Shown here one piece after another: positions 1-9,867 of a DNA stretch of 64,000 nucleotides. Position 1 is the first letter of the stretch. Every line of letters starts with the position of its first letter. The position numbers and the translations under genes were made by a program. Origin of the DNA: an uncultured Candidatus Rokubacteria bacterium. GTDB lineage: Bacteria > Methylomirabilota > Methylomirabilia > Rokubacteriales > DASRDR01. The stretch covers positions 160,001 through 224,000 of the forward strand of contig CAWDVE010000013.1 of assembly GCA_963805625.1 (NCBI GenBank), in the 5' to 3' direction. Under the pieces are notes generated by a model that made no database searches, had not been told where the DNA came from, and saw only the letters and a program-made list of their open reading frames with translations.

Positions 1-44
1 AACCCTGCGGTCCTGCCGTGACGGACCTCTACCATGAACCGGAC

Positions 45-314
45 TCAAGGCGCGTCGCTGACTCGCTCGTCGGCGTCGACACCCGTCGCGTGACGGCCGA
101 GGACGTCGGACTCGGCTTCGAGCCAGTCCGAGAGTTCATCGCCCGACTCCGTCTCTCGCTCGAGATAGCGATAGTACGCTCGCAATCGGATCTCGTCCTC
201 GAGCGACGGCAGCCGTCCAGCTTCGGGCGGAGTCACGACTGGCGCCTCGTCACCCCGCACCGCGGTCTCGATCGTTCGGTGTGGCGCGCTCCGCATCTTC
301 ATACGCTTTGACAT
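45..314 (-). CDS. DUF2934 domain small protein
   Basis: 89 aa. Core EDEIRLRAYYRYLERE...DWLEAE matches the DUF2934 pattern (I+xRAY...DWxxAE). GGGGAG SD upstream. Confidence 0.8.
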   Translation of the reverse strand: MSKRMKMRSAPHRTIETAVRGDEAPVVTPPEAGRLPSLEDEIRLRAYYRYLERETESGDELSDWLEAESDVLGRHATGVDADERVSDAP

Positions 315-573
315 CGTCTCCCTCGCTAGCCATCAACATGCGGTTCCCGCCCAACCTTCCGGCTATTCCTGCCGGGATCTGCGCGATGGTTCGCCCGCGT
401 GCCCGCCATCGCCGCCGAGGGTGGTGGCCCGTCGCGCCGGGCGAGAGTCTTCCGGTCCAGGCCAATGTCAACCAACAGACCCTCGGTGAAGTGAGCCAGT
501 GGCTCGCCGGCGTGCCCATCGTGCCTTCGAGGATCTCGATGGCCGCCGCCACCGCCCCCGCCGTCCCGGGCCT

Positions 574-1059
574 CTACGCCTTGCCCTGCGAGGCGAACCA
601 GGCCTGAGCCCGCTTCCTCATCTCGTCGGGTGTGAGGTCCTCCTTGCGTGCCGCGAGGTTCCAGCGGTGCCCGGACGGGTCCTCGATCTCCGCGATACGA
701 TCTCCCCAGAACATGTCGGTCAGAGGCATGGTGACCTTGGCACCCGCCCCCGTAGCACGTGCGAAGGCGGCATCTACATCGGCCACGTACAGGTACAGGC
801 CGCCACTGTGTCCCTTGAGGCTCGCGGGAACCATGCACCCCCGTTCGGGACTCTCGTCACCCAGCATCAGCACCGAGTCCCCGATCCTGAGCTCGGCGTG
901 CATGACGCGCTTGCCGTCCGGTCCCGGCAGCCGCATCCGCTCCTCGGCCCCGAGAGCGCGCCGGTAGAAGTCGATTGACTGAGCGACATCCTTCACGGTG
1001 ATGTACGGCGTCACGCTGTGGTACCCCTCCGGAACTCCCATCGTCCGCGTCTGGGTCAT
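574..1059 (-). CDS. VOC family (glyoxalase/PhnB-like) protein
   Basis: PEGYHSVTPY, DFYRRALGA, HAELRIGDS, DMFWGDR...DPSGHRW motifs. Start trimmed to ATG 1059 after AAGGAGG. Confidence 0.9.
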   Translation of the reverse strand: MTQTRTMGVPEGYHSVTPYITVKDVAQSIDFYRRALGAEERMRLPGPDGKRVMHAELRIGDSVLMLGDESPERGCMVPASLKGHSGGLYLYVADVDAAFARATGAGAKVTMPLTDMFWGDRIAEIEDPSGHRWNLAARKEDLTPDEMRKRAQAWFASQGKA

Positions 1060-1122
1060 GCGGTCCTCCTTCCGTTCGAGCTGGGCGCCACGGAGCGGCC
1101 CCCTCGACCCTGGGACGAACGG

Positions 1123-1138
1123 GCAAGATGCATGCCAG
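1123..1138 (-). promoter_or_regulatory. Putative sigma-54 (-24/-12) promoter for the VOC gene
   Basis: Minus strand CTGGCATGCATCTTGC has GG-N10-GC spacing, close to the TGGCAC-N5-TTGC consensus, ~60 nt upstream of the start. Confidence 0.55.
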
Positions 1139-1415
1139 ACCTCCGCCTCAGCCTCTCCGCAAAGTCGGAGTGGGCGCCTTAGGCACCGGGCGGTCACATC
1201 TCCACGTCCGTTGCGGAGATGCGCTCGTGGATCCGCGCCGCGCGGGGCATGCACGCGCCGACATCCTGTCGAGGTCGCGCCAGCGTGACGCCTGCACCTC
1301 GTGACACGAGAACCATTGGCGGGTCAGGGGGAATCGCTGGTTTCAGCGAGCTCGGAGATAGGCCCATCTACCGGTCGTACAGGCCGGGACCCGCGGCCCT
1401 GGCCCGGCTCGCGGA

Positions 1416-2933
1416 CTACGCGTCGATCGCGGACGCCGGATCCGGCGCCACCGACACCCTGTTCTTGCCCGAGCGCTTGGCCGAGTACATGGCGGCGTCG
1501 GCCTGCCGGAACAAGCTTTCCGCGTCGGAGGCGTGAACCGGGAACGTCGCCACCCCGACGCTCGCCGTGACCCGCGAGAGATCGACGTCCTCGTTGTCGA
1601 GCCGCTCGCAGGCCTCGATCGCCTTCCGCACCGACTCCGCGAGACGGTGCGCCTCCTCCGTATCCGTGTCCGGGAGCACGATCACGAACTCGTCGCCGCC
1701 GAAGCGCGCGGGGACGTCTCCCGGTCGCGCGAGACGCCCGATCACGCGCCCGATCTGCGCGATGGAGCGCGAGCCGGCGAGATGGCCATAGCGATCGACC
1801 ACTGCCTTGAAGTTGTCGAGATCGAGGATCACCAGCGACACCGGGCGGCCTCGTGTCATGACGTCTGCTAGACTCCGATGGAAGTGTCGCGTGTTGCCGA
1901 GGCCCGTGAGGTCGTCGGTGATCGACGCGACGTATGCCTGGCGATAGAGCGACGCATTCTCGATCGCGATCGCGGCATGGTCGGCGAGAGTCTGGGCCAG
2001 CGACAGCTCCGCCTCCGTGAACGTCGAGTCGTCGACCTTGTTGAGGATCTGGATGACGCCGCGCAGCGTGTCCTTGCTGACCATCGGCACGCAGATCATG
2101 GTTCGCGGTGCGAGACCGGTCTGCTCCCCGACCCCCGCAAAGTGGCGCGGGTCACGCGCCACCTCGTCGAGCCGCACAGCCTGACGATTCCGGGCGACCC
2201 ACCCGGCAATGCCGCGGCTAGCGGGCAGCCGCATGCCGTCGATCACCCCCGATTCGATGGTGCGCGAGGCACGGAACACGAGCTCGTGACCGGCCGGATC
2301 CAGGAGCAGCAGAGCGGCCGCCGCGCTCGGCACCGTCCTCACCGCGCGCGCCAACAGGCCGCGCATGGCCTCGGCGTCGAGGCAGAGCGTCTCGGGATCG
2401 CAGTCCGCGCCGACCTCGAGCGCTAGCGATTCGAGCCGAAGTCGATCGCCGTCCTCGTAGTTCCCGCCTCCGTGGCGGTTGGCGACCTCCAGCACACCGA
2501 TCACGCGGCCGAGACGGACAAGCGGCACCGAGAGCAGGTTGCGCGTCGTGAAGTGCGTGACGCGGTCGATCTCCGGGTAGAATCGCGGGTCGCCCCGCAC
2601 GTCGTTGACCACGGCGCTCTCGCCGCTGCGCGCCACCCAGCTCGCGAGGCTCCTCGACGGCGGGAGCCGGAGGCCGACGATCGCGTTCTCGCGGAGCGTC
2701 TCGGTGGCGGCGAAGACGAGCTCGTCGCGCTCGGGGTCGTACAGCATGAGCGAGAGCGCCTCGGCCTGCGTGAGGCTCTTCATCCGGTCGAGGACGATGC
2801 GCAGGATCTCGGGGAGCTCGAGCGTCGACGTGAGTGTCCGGGTCAGCTCGACCACGGTGCGAAGCTCGCGGAGCTCCTGCTCGATGGTGTGCCCGCTCGC
2901 GGCTGCGGGCCTCTCTCGTTTCGGCGGCGTCAC
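1416..2933 (-). CDS. GAF-GAF-GGDEF diguanylate cyclase
   Basis: Two repeated GAF-like units (ASWVARSGE...DPRF; AGWVARNRQ...DPRH), then TDDLTGLGN, DLDNFK, RPGD I-site, RFGGDEF and AMYSAKRSGKNR. Confidence 0.93.
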   Translation of the reverse strand: MTPPKRERPAAASGHTIEQELRELRTVVELTRTLTSTLELPEILRIVLDRMKSLTQAEALSLMLYDPERDELVFAATETLRENAIVGLRLPPSRSLASWVARSGESAVVNDVRGDPRFYPEIDRVTHFTTRNLLSVPLVRLGRVIGVLEVANRHGGGNYEDGDRLRLESLALEVGADCDPETLCLDAEAMRGLLARAVRTVPSAAAALLLLDPAGHELVFRASRTIESGVIDGMRLPASRGIAGWVARNRQAVRLDEVARDPRHFAGVGEQTGLAPRTMICVPMVSKDTLRGVIQILNKVDDSTFTEAELSLAQTLADHAAIAIENASLYRQAYVASITDDLTGLGNTRHFHRSLADVMTRGRPVSLVILDLDNFKAVVDRYGHLAGSRSIAQIGRVIGRLARPGDVPARFGGDEFVIVLPDTDTEEAHRLAESVRKAIEACERLDNEDVDLSRVTASVGVATFPVHASDAESLFRQADAAMYSAKRSGKNRVSVAPDPASAIDA

Positions 2934-3175
2934 GGGTCAGCTCCCCCGCCGCCGCACCGTCGCACCTCGATGGACTCCGTGACGACATCGAACCCGGCCA
3001 CCGCGGCCCGGCCGGACGTTGGCGGCAGCAGCGTGGTCAGCATCTTGATCGTCACGGTCTTGCCCGCCCCGTTGCGGCCCAGCAGGCCGAAGATCGAGCC
3101 AGCCGGAACTCGAAGGCTGAGTGCGTCGACGGCAGTCACCGACCCGAACCGCCGGGTCAAGTCGGCCGTTTCCAC
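2930..3175 (-). pseudogene. 5' fragment of an ABC-2/DrrA-type ATP-binding protein
   Basis: VETADLTRRFG...AVDALSL...FGLLGRNGAGKT (Walker A)...PTSGRAAVAGFDV, then stops at about 81 aa. No signature or Walker B motif. Confidence 0.75.
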
Positions 3176-3273
3176 GGCAAAGAGAAGGACCCCTCCCGGC
3201 GACCCCGGCCCACCGCGATCGCTCGACTTCGTCTCGCCCGACCCATCCCGGCCGCCGAGCGCATCGGCCGGCA

Positions 3274-3471
3274 TCACGCGCCTCGTGGAATGCCCGTGCG
3301 CTGACCGTCAGCCCGAACCACCCATGTCCACCTTCCCGTCCCCGAGTCTGGCCGGTATGGCGGCGAGTACGGCGGCGCGTAGGCCGGATAGGCATACGGC
3401 GACACCACATAGCACCCCGGAGAGACCAGCAGCGAGACCACAGAAGGCATCGCGGTCAGGACCCGATTCAT
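3274..3471 (-). CDS. Small Pro/Tyr-rich putative lipoprotein
   Basis: MNRVLTAMPSVVSLLVSPGC (lipobox-like Cys) followed by YVVSPYAYPAYAPPYSPPY. GAGGA upstream. Confidence 0.45.
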   Translation of the reverse strand: MNRVLTAMPSVVSLLVSPGCYVVSPYAYPAYAPPYSPPYRPDSGTGRWTWVVRADGQRTGIPRGA

Positions 3472-3616
3472 CGTCCAATCCTCTGGCAGCCCCTGGTGCA
3501 CCCTCTCACGGCTCGACGGGGCCGGCAAGGACCGAAGGAGTGGAGCCGCACTTCGAACTGTTGCTCCCTCCCCCGGGGACAGGACAGTCGGGGTCAGCCG
3601 AACACGAGGGTCGGCG

Positions 3617-4003
3617 TCAGCGATCTCCACCACGGTAGAGCGTGAGGCCCGGAACATCGCGGAAATCCCCGGGATTCAGCGTCCAGAGAAACGCCTCGTG
3701 GGCGAGCGCGCACGCGGCCACACCTAGGTCAAACTCGCGGCCCCGGGCACGGGGCACGGCGCGATAGAGCTGAGCCGCCCGCACCGCCTCGCGATGCCCG
3801 AAGAGAGCAGCCTGCCCGGCGGGGAACAGCTCCTCCTGATCGGCGAGCTCAGTCTCAACGCGGGGACCGCGCAGCCACTCGTAGAGGACCAGCGTCGAGA
3901 TCGCGACTCGCTCCCCCTGCTCGACGACACGACGGAGGGTGCGCGCGGAGCGCCTGGTACCGGCCAGCGCGTCCACGAGCACTGACGTGTCGAGATGTAT
4001 CAC
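3617..4003 (-). CDS. vapC: PIN-domain (VapC-like) toxin
   Basis: IHLDTSVL (first acidic site), YEWLRG, FDLGVAACA, TLNPGDF. GTG start overlaps the antitoxin stop (GTGA). Confidence 0.88.
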   Translation of the reverse strand: MIHLDTSVLVDALAGTRRSARTLRRVVEQGERVAISTLVLYEWLRGPRVETELADQEELFPAGQAALFGHREAVRAAQLYRAVPRARGREFDLGVAACALAHEAFLWTLNPGDFRDVPGLTLYRGGDR

Positions 4004-4290
4004 GGGATCTTCGCCACCCCGCGACGGGCTCCCCACCGCCGGCGCGCCGCGCGAATCTCTCTCAACTCGGCGTCCACCTCCGCCGCGGGCCGGGATGGCC
4101 GCCGGCGCATCGCGCGATCGAGGACGGCAAGCATGCGCTGCCGCTCACCTTCGCTGAGCCTATCCGCCCGGGCCGCATACTCTCCGATCGCTTCGCGCAC
4201 GACGCGGCTCTGCGGCTTCCTGACCTTCGTCGCAGTGCGGCGGAGCGTGTCGACCGTCGCCTCGTCGAGGGAGAACGTGACCTTGATCAT
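4000..4290 (-). CDS. Ribbon-helix-helix (CopG-like) antitoxin
   Basis: MIKVTFSLDEAT...SRVVREAI is an RHH pattern. 96 aa, immediately upstream of the PIN gene. Confidence 0.85.
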   Translation of the reverse strand: MIKVTFSLDEATVDTLRRTATKVRKPQSRVVREAIGEYAARADRLSEGERQRMLAVLDRAMRRRPSRPAAEVDAELREIRAARRRWGARRGVAKIP

Positions 4291-4297
4291 GTCGACA

Positions 4298-4318
4298 ATA
4301 CTACCATATGCGGTAGTA
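4298..4318 (-). promoter_or_regulatory. Extended -10 and palindromic operator of the TA operon
   Basis: Inverted repeat TACTACC-N6-GGTAGTA (4299-4318) overlaps TGgTAGTAT, which lies 7 nt before the ATG. No SD present. Confidence 0.65.
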
Positions 4319-4484
4319 CCGTACTGACAGCCAGCCGTTGCGGGATCTCCGGCCAGCTCACAGCTCACCTGCCGATGGATGGGTGGCGGCTCACGTCGGA
4401 CTCTCTGGCAATTGGGTCGAGGTTGCGGCCACCGCGGGAATTCACGCCTCGTGGCCGACGGGTGCGCCTGTAACCCTCCCTCGT

Positions 4485-5705
4485 TCAGGCGGAGAGCCCG
4501 TCCGCGCCGCGGTACAGCCGGACCGGCAGCATCACCAGCACACCCACCGCCATGAAGCTGGCCGCCAAGGCGAACGCCGCGCCGTAGCCGTAGCGGTGGA
4601 CGAGCCATCCCGCCAGGATCGGCGACGGCAGCACGATCAGCTGGGTCAACGCCGTGCTCAGCCCCGACGCCGAGGATTGCGTGCGAGCGCCCGCCACGTC
4701 GAGCACGGCCGCGCTGGTGATGTTCACCAGCGTGTAGAAGAACATGCCGATGGCCAGGACCAGCAGTCCGAGAGGCCAGCCGGGAGCGACCCGCCCCAGC
4801 AAGAGATAGAAGACGGTCAGGAGCAGGAACGATGGCACGAGGACTGCCTTGCGCCCAACGCGGTCAGCCAGGACTCCCAGCACGGGCTGGGACACGGTGC
4901 CCATGCCATGAAGCAGCGCGACGTAGATCCCGAGCTCGAACGCGTCACGGCCAAGGCCGATCTGGATGTAGAGGGGGAAGAACGTGAGGATCACCTGCCG
5001 CGCCATCGCCATGAGGCCGTCGGCGAAGGACACGGCCAGGAACGCCGGGTTCATCAGGATCGTCCGCACGTCTCCCGCGAGGCTCCGCCCCGAAGGCCGC
5101 GCGGCCGGCTGGGTGAATTGTCTCGCCAGGCCGAGCCAGACGAGCACGGCCGCCACGATCCCCGCCAGGAGCTGCGCGTGGAGGAAGTCGCGCCAGAACA
5201 CGACCACGAGCAGCGCCCCAACTGCCAACGGTGTCAGCGTGTCGGAGACCGTGGCACCCATCCCGTGGATGGAGAGGGCCGTCGCCCGGCGCTCGGGAAA
5301 GCGCGCCGACAGGGCGCCCATGGCGGGCGGGTGCCACGCCGCGGTGCCGAGGCCGATCAAGGCCGCCCCGACCATGGCGCCGCCCAGGCCGGAAGCCGCC
5401 CCAAAGCAGAAGTACCCAAGACCCATGAAGAGGAGGGCCGACGCGAGGATGATGGCCCGGAATCGCGCAAAGGAATCCGCCAGGATACCGGCAGGCAGGT
5501 TCATGGTCCCGGAGGTCAGCTGGCGAGCCGACTGGAGGTAGCCGGTCTGGATCTCGTTGAGACCGAGGCCCTGGGTGACAGACGGGAGCACGACCGCGAA
5601 CATCGTCTGGAACCAGTGGATCGCCGTGTGCCCGCCCGTCACCAGCCAGAGGAAGACGAGGCGTTCCCGTCCCATGCCCCTGAGCGGGGCGAGGATCGCG
5701 TGCAC
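4485..5705 (-). CDS. MFS transporter
   Basis: About 12 hydrophobic segments. GILADSF and GVLADRVGRK MFS motif-A-like loops. Confidence 0.88.
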   Translation of the reverse strand: MHAILAPLRGMGRERLVFLWLVTGGHTAIHWFQTMFAVVLPSVTQGLGLNEIQTGYLQSARQLTSGTMNLPAGILADSFARFRAIILASALLFMGLGYFCFGAASGLGGAMVGAALIGLGTAAWHPPAMGALSARFPERRATALSIHGMGATVSDTLTPLAVGALLVVVFWRDFLHAQLLAGIVAAVLVWLGLARQFTQPAARPSGRSLAGDVRTILMNPAFLAVSFADGLMAMARQVILTFFPLYIQIGLGRDAFELGIYVALLHGMGTVSQPVLGVLADRVGRKAVLVPSFLLLTVFYLLLGRVAPGWPLGLLVLAIGMFFYTLVNITSAAVLDVAGARTQSSASGLSTALTQLIVLPSPILAGWLVHRYGYGAAFALAASFMAVGVLVMLPVRLYRGADGLSA

Positions 5706-5718
5706 CCGGGGCGCCCCG

Positions 5719-6819
5719 TCAGCCCTTCGAGACGGACGTCCCGGCGCGGATCACTTCCTGCCGGAGCGCGTGGTCGGCGAGGACGAGCGCGGCCATCGCC
5801 TCGACCATGGGCACGGCACGGGGGAGGACGCACGGATCGTGGCGACCACGCACCTGGAGCACCGTGTCCTCGTGGCGGACGTCCACGGTGTTCTGCGGGG
5901 ACATGATCGTCGCGGTCGGCTTGAAGGCGACGCGGAAATAGATCGTCTCCCCGTTCGAGATGCCGCCCTGAACGCCGCCGCTCCGGTTCGTCCGGGTGCG
6001 CACGCGGTCGCCGTCCATGTAGAACTCGTCGTTGTGCTCGCGCCCGGTGAGCTCGGTCCCGGCGAAGCCCGAGCCGATCTCGAATCCCTTGCTCGCCGGG
6101 AGGCTGAGCGCCGCCTTGGCGAGGTCCGCCTCCAGCCGGTCGAAGACGGGCTCGCCCCAGCCGGGCGGACATCGCCGGACGGCACAGGCCACCAGCCCGC
6201 CGAGCGAGTTCCCGTCCTTCCGGGCGGCCTCGACGGCCGCGATCATCCGCTCCGCAACGGCGGGATCGGGACAGCGGATCGGCGTCCGCTCGACGTCCTC
6301 CTGCGTCACGCGCTCCACGTCGCACTCGGTGGCGATCCGGCCGACCTTGGCCACCCAGGCGACGACCTCCACACCCCAGCGAGTGTGAAGCAGCTTCCGC
6401 GCGACGGCGCCCGCCGCGACGCGCGCGGCCGTCTCCCGCGCGCTCGTGCGTCCCCCTCCCCGCCAGTCCCGGACCCCGTACTTCGCGTCGTAGGTGTAGT
6501 CGGCGTGGCTCGGCCGGTACTTCTCCTGCATCTCCCGATAGTCCCCGGGGCGCATGTCCTCGTTCTCGATCTCGAGCGCGATCGGCGTCCCGAGCGTCAG
6601 ACCCTCGAACACGCCGCTCAGGATCCGGACGGTGTCGGACTCCTTCCGCTGGCTGGTGAGGAGGCTCTGCCCGGGCCGCCGCCGGTCGAGATCCGGCTGG
6701 ATGTCGGCCTCGCTCAGCGGCAGGCGCGGCGGACAGCCGTCGATCACCGCACCGGTCGCGGTGCCGTGGGACTCGCCCCACGTCGTCACCCGGAAGAGCT
6801 GGCCGAAGGTGTTGCCCAT
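5719..6819 (-). CDS. aroC: Chorismate synthase
   Basis: [37 protein letters not shown] and GRHDPCV signatures. Confidence 0.98.
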   Translation of the reverse strand: MGNTFGQLFRVTTWGESHGTATGAVIDGCPPRLPLSEADIQPDLDRRRPGQSLLTSQRKESDTVRILSGVFEGLTLGTPIALEIENEDMRPGDYREMQEKYRPSHADYTYDAKYGVRDWRGGGRTSARETAARVAAGAVARKLLHTRWGVEVVAWVAKVGRIATECDVERVTQEDVERTPIRCPDPAVAERMIAAVEAARKDGNSLGGLVACAVRRCPPGWGEPVFDRLEADLAKAALSLPASKGFEIGSGFAGTELTGREHNDEFYMDGDRVRTRTNRSGGVQGGISNGETIYFRVAFKPTATIMSPQNTVDVRHEDTVLQVRGRHDPCVLPRAVPMVEAMAALVLADHALRQEVIRAGTSVSKG

Positions 6820-6838
6820 GAGTCGGCGCGCCGAGGGC

Positions 6839-7276
6839 CTAAACCTCGACGTTCTCCTCCTCGATCCGCTTCCGCGCGGTCATGTTGAACCGTCCCTCGT
6901 AGATCGGCCGGCCCCCCGTCGTCGGACCCTGATACTGGACGAAGAGCATGGCGCCGCCGGTATCCGTGTGGAGCGGGTCCTCGAAGTGCGGATCCGGGTA
7001 GAAGAGCATGGTGCCGGGGCCGTACGTCCGCTCGCCGATCCGGAACTCGCCCTCGACGATGTACCAGACCTGAGCGAACTCGTGCTTGTGGAACGGATGG
7101 TGCGAGCCCGGCTCGTATCGCACGAGCCCCGCGTTGGGGTTCGTCGGCCGCTCGGACGTGGGGTGCACCAGCATCTTGCTCCACTGCCCCGGCCACCGAA
7201 GCAGCTCCCACGGCCGCTCGTCCACGTGAACAGCCGTGGCCGGCTGATGGCGTTCACTCGCATCCCGCTGCGTCAT
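6839..7276 (-). CDS. Cupin-domain protein (ChrR/cupin_7-like)
   Basis: [15 protein letters not shown]...WYIVEGEF...YGPGT cupin motifs. Confidence 0.75.
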   Translation of the reverse strand: MTQRDASERHQPATAVHVDERPWELLRWPGQWSKMLVHPTSERPTNPNAGLVRYEPGSHHPFHKHEFAQVWYIVEGEFRIGERTYGPGTMLFYPDPHFEDPLHTDTGGAMLFVQYQGPTTGGRPIYEGRFNMTARKRIEEENVEV

Positions 7277-7412
7277 GGCGCGGCTCCCTTCACTCGTCGT
7301 CGAACACCGGGATCAGGATAGACGAACCGACGCCGACCGCCAAGGACCCTGCTGTCGAATCCCACCATCGGCCGTCTCCGCGAGGCGTGATACGGTAGCG
7401 TGGGTTCGACGA

Positions 7413-8705
7413 ATGTCGCAAGGTCGCGCGCGGAAGCCTCGTCTTCTGCTCTCCGTCATCGGCGGAGTCCTGGGTATCTTCCTCGTCGTCGTGCCCGCGG
7501 AACTGGCTCTTCGCCTGATCGCCGTCTTCAGCCCGGAGACGCGATACCTGGCGACGAGGCGCGGAGGCGAGTTACGGCGGCGCTTCACGAGTCTCCAGGA
7601 GTACCTCGCCACCCAGTCCGCGCACGTCGTCCCCCACCGGCGATGGTTCAACCACTGGACTAACGCGCTGGGCTTCAACGACGAAGAGTTCACCGTGCCC
7701 AAGCCGGCGGGCCGCTTCCGGATCATGGCCGTCGGCGACTCGTTCACGTACGGTCTCGTGCCGTATCCCCAGAACGTGATGACACTCCTGGAGGCGTCGC
7801 TCCGAGCTGCCTGTCCGAACCGCGACCTCGACCTGCTCAACTTCGGGATCGGCGGCACGAACGTCGCCGACTACCGGACCATCATCGAGCTCGGCTACGT
7901 CACCTACGAGCCGGATCTCGTGCTGGTCAACGTCTACGCGGGAAACGACGGCCCCGATCTCTACTATCGGACCAGCGAAGGCCTATCGCTGCACTGGCTG
8001 CTCCGGCGCTCGTACCTGTGGAACTACATCCGGAGACTCCTCCTGGTCCGCCGAAGCGTGCCGGACGCCGGCGCGCTGGCCGCAAGGGTCCAGGGCCCCA
8101 CGCCCGCCGGTGACGCGGCGGTCGAGCAACCTCGGGGCGGGCAGGTCGTCGACCCCGCGCACCGGCTGCGGGATGACGAGCCGGCGCTCGTCGGACCGAT
8201 CTTCGACGAGAAGGTCTTTGCAAGGCTCCTCGCCAGCGAGCTGGGGCGATTCTACGTTCCTCGAGATGCGCGCGCGATCGATCGGGCGTGGTATCCGACG
8301 CTGGAGCAGCTCGAGGTGGCGCGTACCTATGTGACAGGGCACGGCGGCCGGCTGGCGATCACCCTCTACCCGTCCGTTCTGCAGGTGGACAAACGTCTCC
8401 GCTCGGAGGTGATCGACCAGCTACGCGGTCAGCCGCGTGACGCCAAGATGACGCCTGAGGCCATCGATCCCGCTTTGCCGAACCGGATCCTGCTTGCCTA
8501 TTGCCGCGAGCACGGCGTCCCCTGCTTCGACCTGACGCCGGCTTTCGATCGCGCCAGCCAGGAGTCGGCCGAGGCGCTCTACAAGGCGCGGGAACTCCAC
8601 TGGACCCCGCGCGGGAACCGCGTGGCGGCAGAAGCCCAGGCTCGTCACCTGGCACCGCTGGTGTGCGGCACTACCGGAGCCGGTCAGAAACAGGCGAGCG
8701 AATGA
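7413..8705 (+). CDS. Membrane-anchored SGNH/GDSL hydrolase-like protein
   Basis: N-terminal TM, then NALGFND, RIMAVGDSFTYG (block I), GND (block III) and LHWTPRGN (block V). Confidence 0.8.
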   Translation: MSQGRARKPRLLLSVIGGVLGIFLVVVPAELALRLIAVFSPETRYLATRRGGELRRRFTSLQEYLATQSAHVVPHRRWFNHWTNALGFNDEEFTVPKPAGRFRIMAVGDSFTYGLVPYPQNVMTLLEASLRAACPNRDLDLLNFGIGGTNVADYRTIIELGYVTYEPDLVLVNVYAGNDGPDLYYRTSEGLSLHWLLRRSYLWNYIRRLLLVRRSVPDAGALAARVQGPTPAGDAAVEQPRGGQVVDPAHRLRDDEPALVGPIFDEKVFARLLASELGRFYVPRDARAIDRAWYPTLEQLEVARTYVTGHGGRLAITLYPSVLQVDKRLRSEVIDQLRGQPRDAKMTPEAIDPALPNRILLAYCREHGVPCFDLTPAFDRASQESAEALYKARELHWTPRGNRVAAEAQARHLAPLVCGTTGAGQKQASE

Positions 8706-8712
8706 CGGCGCG

Positions 8713-9846
8713 TCAGGAGCCGATCCGGAGCACCACCCGGGTCATCGGCGAGCCGTCGTCCCCGAACCAGTGCTCCCCTTCCCGCACCAGATCCAGCTCC
8801 AGGAGGAACACGCCAGCCTCCAAGGGCGCCCGGAACGTCAGGGTGACCACCGTCTCTTGCCCGGGGCCCACGGGGTGCGGCAGGAGAACTCGCGCCATGC
8901 CGCGATCAAGGACGCGGCCGTCAGGATCGGCCAGGTGAGCGCCGAGTAGAACTGCCCCCGGCCCCGATCCCGGATTCCACGTCGCGGTGCCGATATTCGT
9001 CAGGCGAACCGTCAGCGTGGGGCTCGATCCCGGCACCGCCTCCAGGTAGCGGCATCCGGGCACGATGCGGGCGCGGTCGATCTCGCTCGCAGCCACCGCC
9101 GGCCGCGTGGCCGCGGCAAAGATGGTTCCACCGAGGCCCGGCAGCCGGTTCACAAGCGGGCCGAGCCACCCGCCGGCGCCCCGGCCTCCCTCCCCTCGCG
9201 ACGGCGTCCAGGTCTGCACCCCGCTGACGCGGAATCCAACCGCCTCGAGAAGGCGCGCAACCTCGTCGGGAGCATACTCGCGCCGATGGACCCACTCGTT
9301 CATCCGGAGCGTGCGCCCGATTCCGAACAGATGGCTCTGCGGGGACCGCCCGAGGAGCGCCTGCATGCGGCCCCGGAGGTCGACGACGTTGGGAGTCGTC
9401 ACGTAGAGTGTCCCGCCCGGTCGCAAGACGCGCCAGCACTCCGACAGGAACAGCGCCGGGGTTGCCAAGTGCTCCAGGATCTCGGTGGCCACGATGCGGT
9501 CGAAGCTGGCCCCGGCGTGGGGCAAGAGCTCGCGCTCCAGGTCCACGTCCTCGACCCCGATGCCTCGCTCCGCCATCCACCGCTGGAAGGCATGCGGCAC
9601 GAAGCGGCCGACACCCGAGATCTCGAAGTGCCCCAGCCGGGCGAGGGCGAGCGCGAGGTGTCCCGGGTAGATGCCGGCGTCGAGGAGCGGGCCCGGAGCG
9701 GCGGAGCCAGCCATGATCCACGCGACCGTGTGGACGTACCGGCCGAGATTCTCGAGGCCGTAGGCCTGCTCGCCCGGCGGGCCTCCGCGGATGACCTCCT
9801 CCAGCAGCCGGCGGATCTCGGACCGCCCGGGCCGGTCCGTCCCCAC
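8713..9846 (-). CDS. Class I SAM-dependent methyltransferase with C-terminal Ig-like domain
   Basis: LLDAG, SFDRIVATEILEHL, RVLRPGGTLYVTTPN. C-terminus VRLTNIGTATW...VGPGQ...LDLVREGEHWF. Confidence 0.8.
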   Translation of the reverse strand: MGTDRPGRSEIRRLLEEVIRGGPPGEQAYGLENLGRYVHTVAWIMAGSAAPGPLLDAGIYPGHLALALARLGHFEISGVGRFVPHAFQRWMAERGIGVEDVDLERELLPHAGASFDRIVATEILEHLATPALFLSECWRVLRPGGTLYVTTPNVVDLRGRMQALLGRSPQSHLFGIGRTLRMNEWVHRREYAPDEVARLLEAVGFRVSGVQTWTPSRGEGGRGAGGWLGPLVNRLPGLGGTIFAAATRPAVAASEIDRARIVPGCRYLEAVPGSSPTLTVRLTNIGTATWNPGSGPGAVLLGAHLADPDGRVLDRGMARVLLPHPVGPGQETVVTLTFRAPLEAGVFLLELDLVREGEHWFGDDGSPMTRVVLRIGS

Positions 9847-9867
9847 CCCGTCACCCCTGGAGATGGC

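Noticed and set aside
326-573. Short ORFs between the DUF2934 and VOC genes
   Set aside because: No recognisable motif, SD or consistent codon bias.
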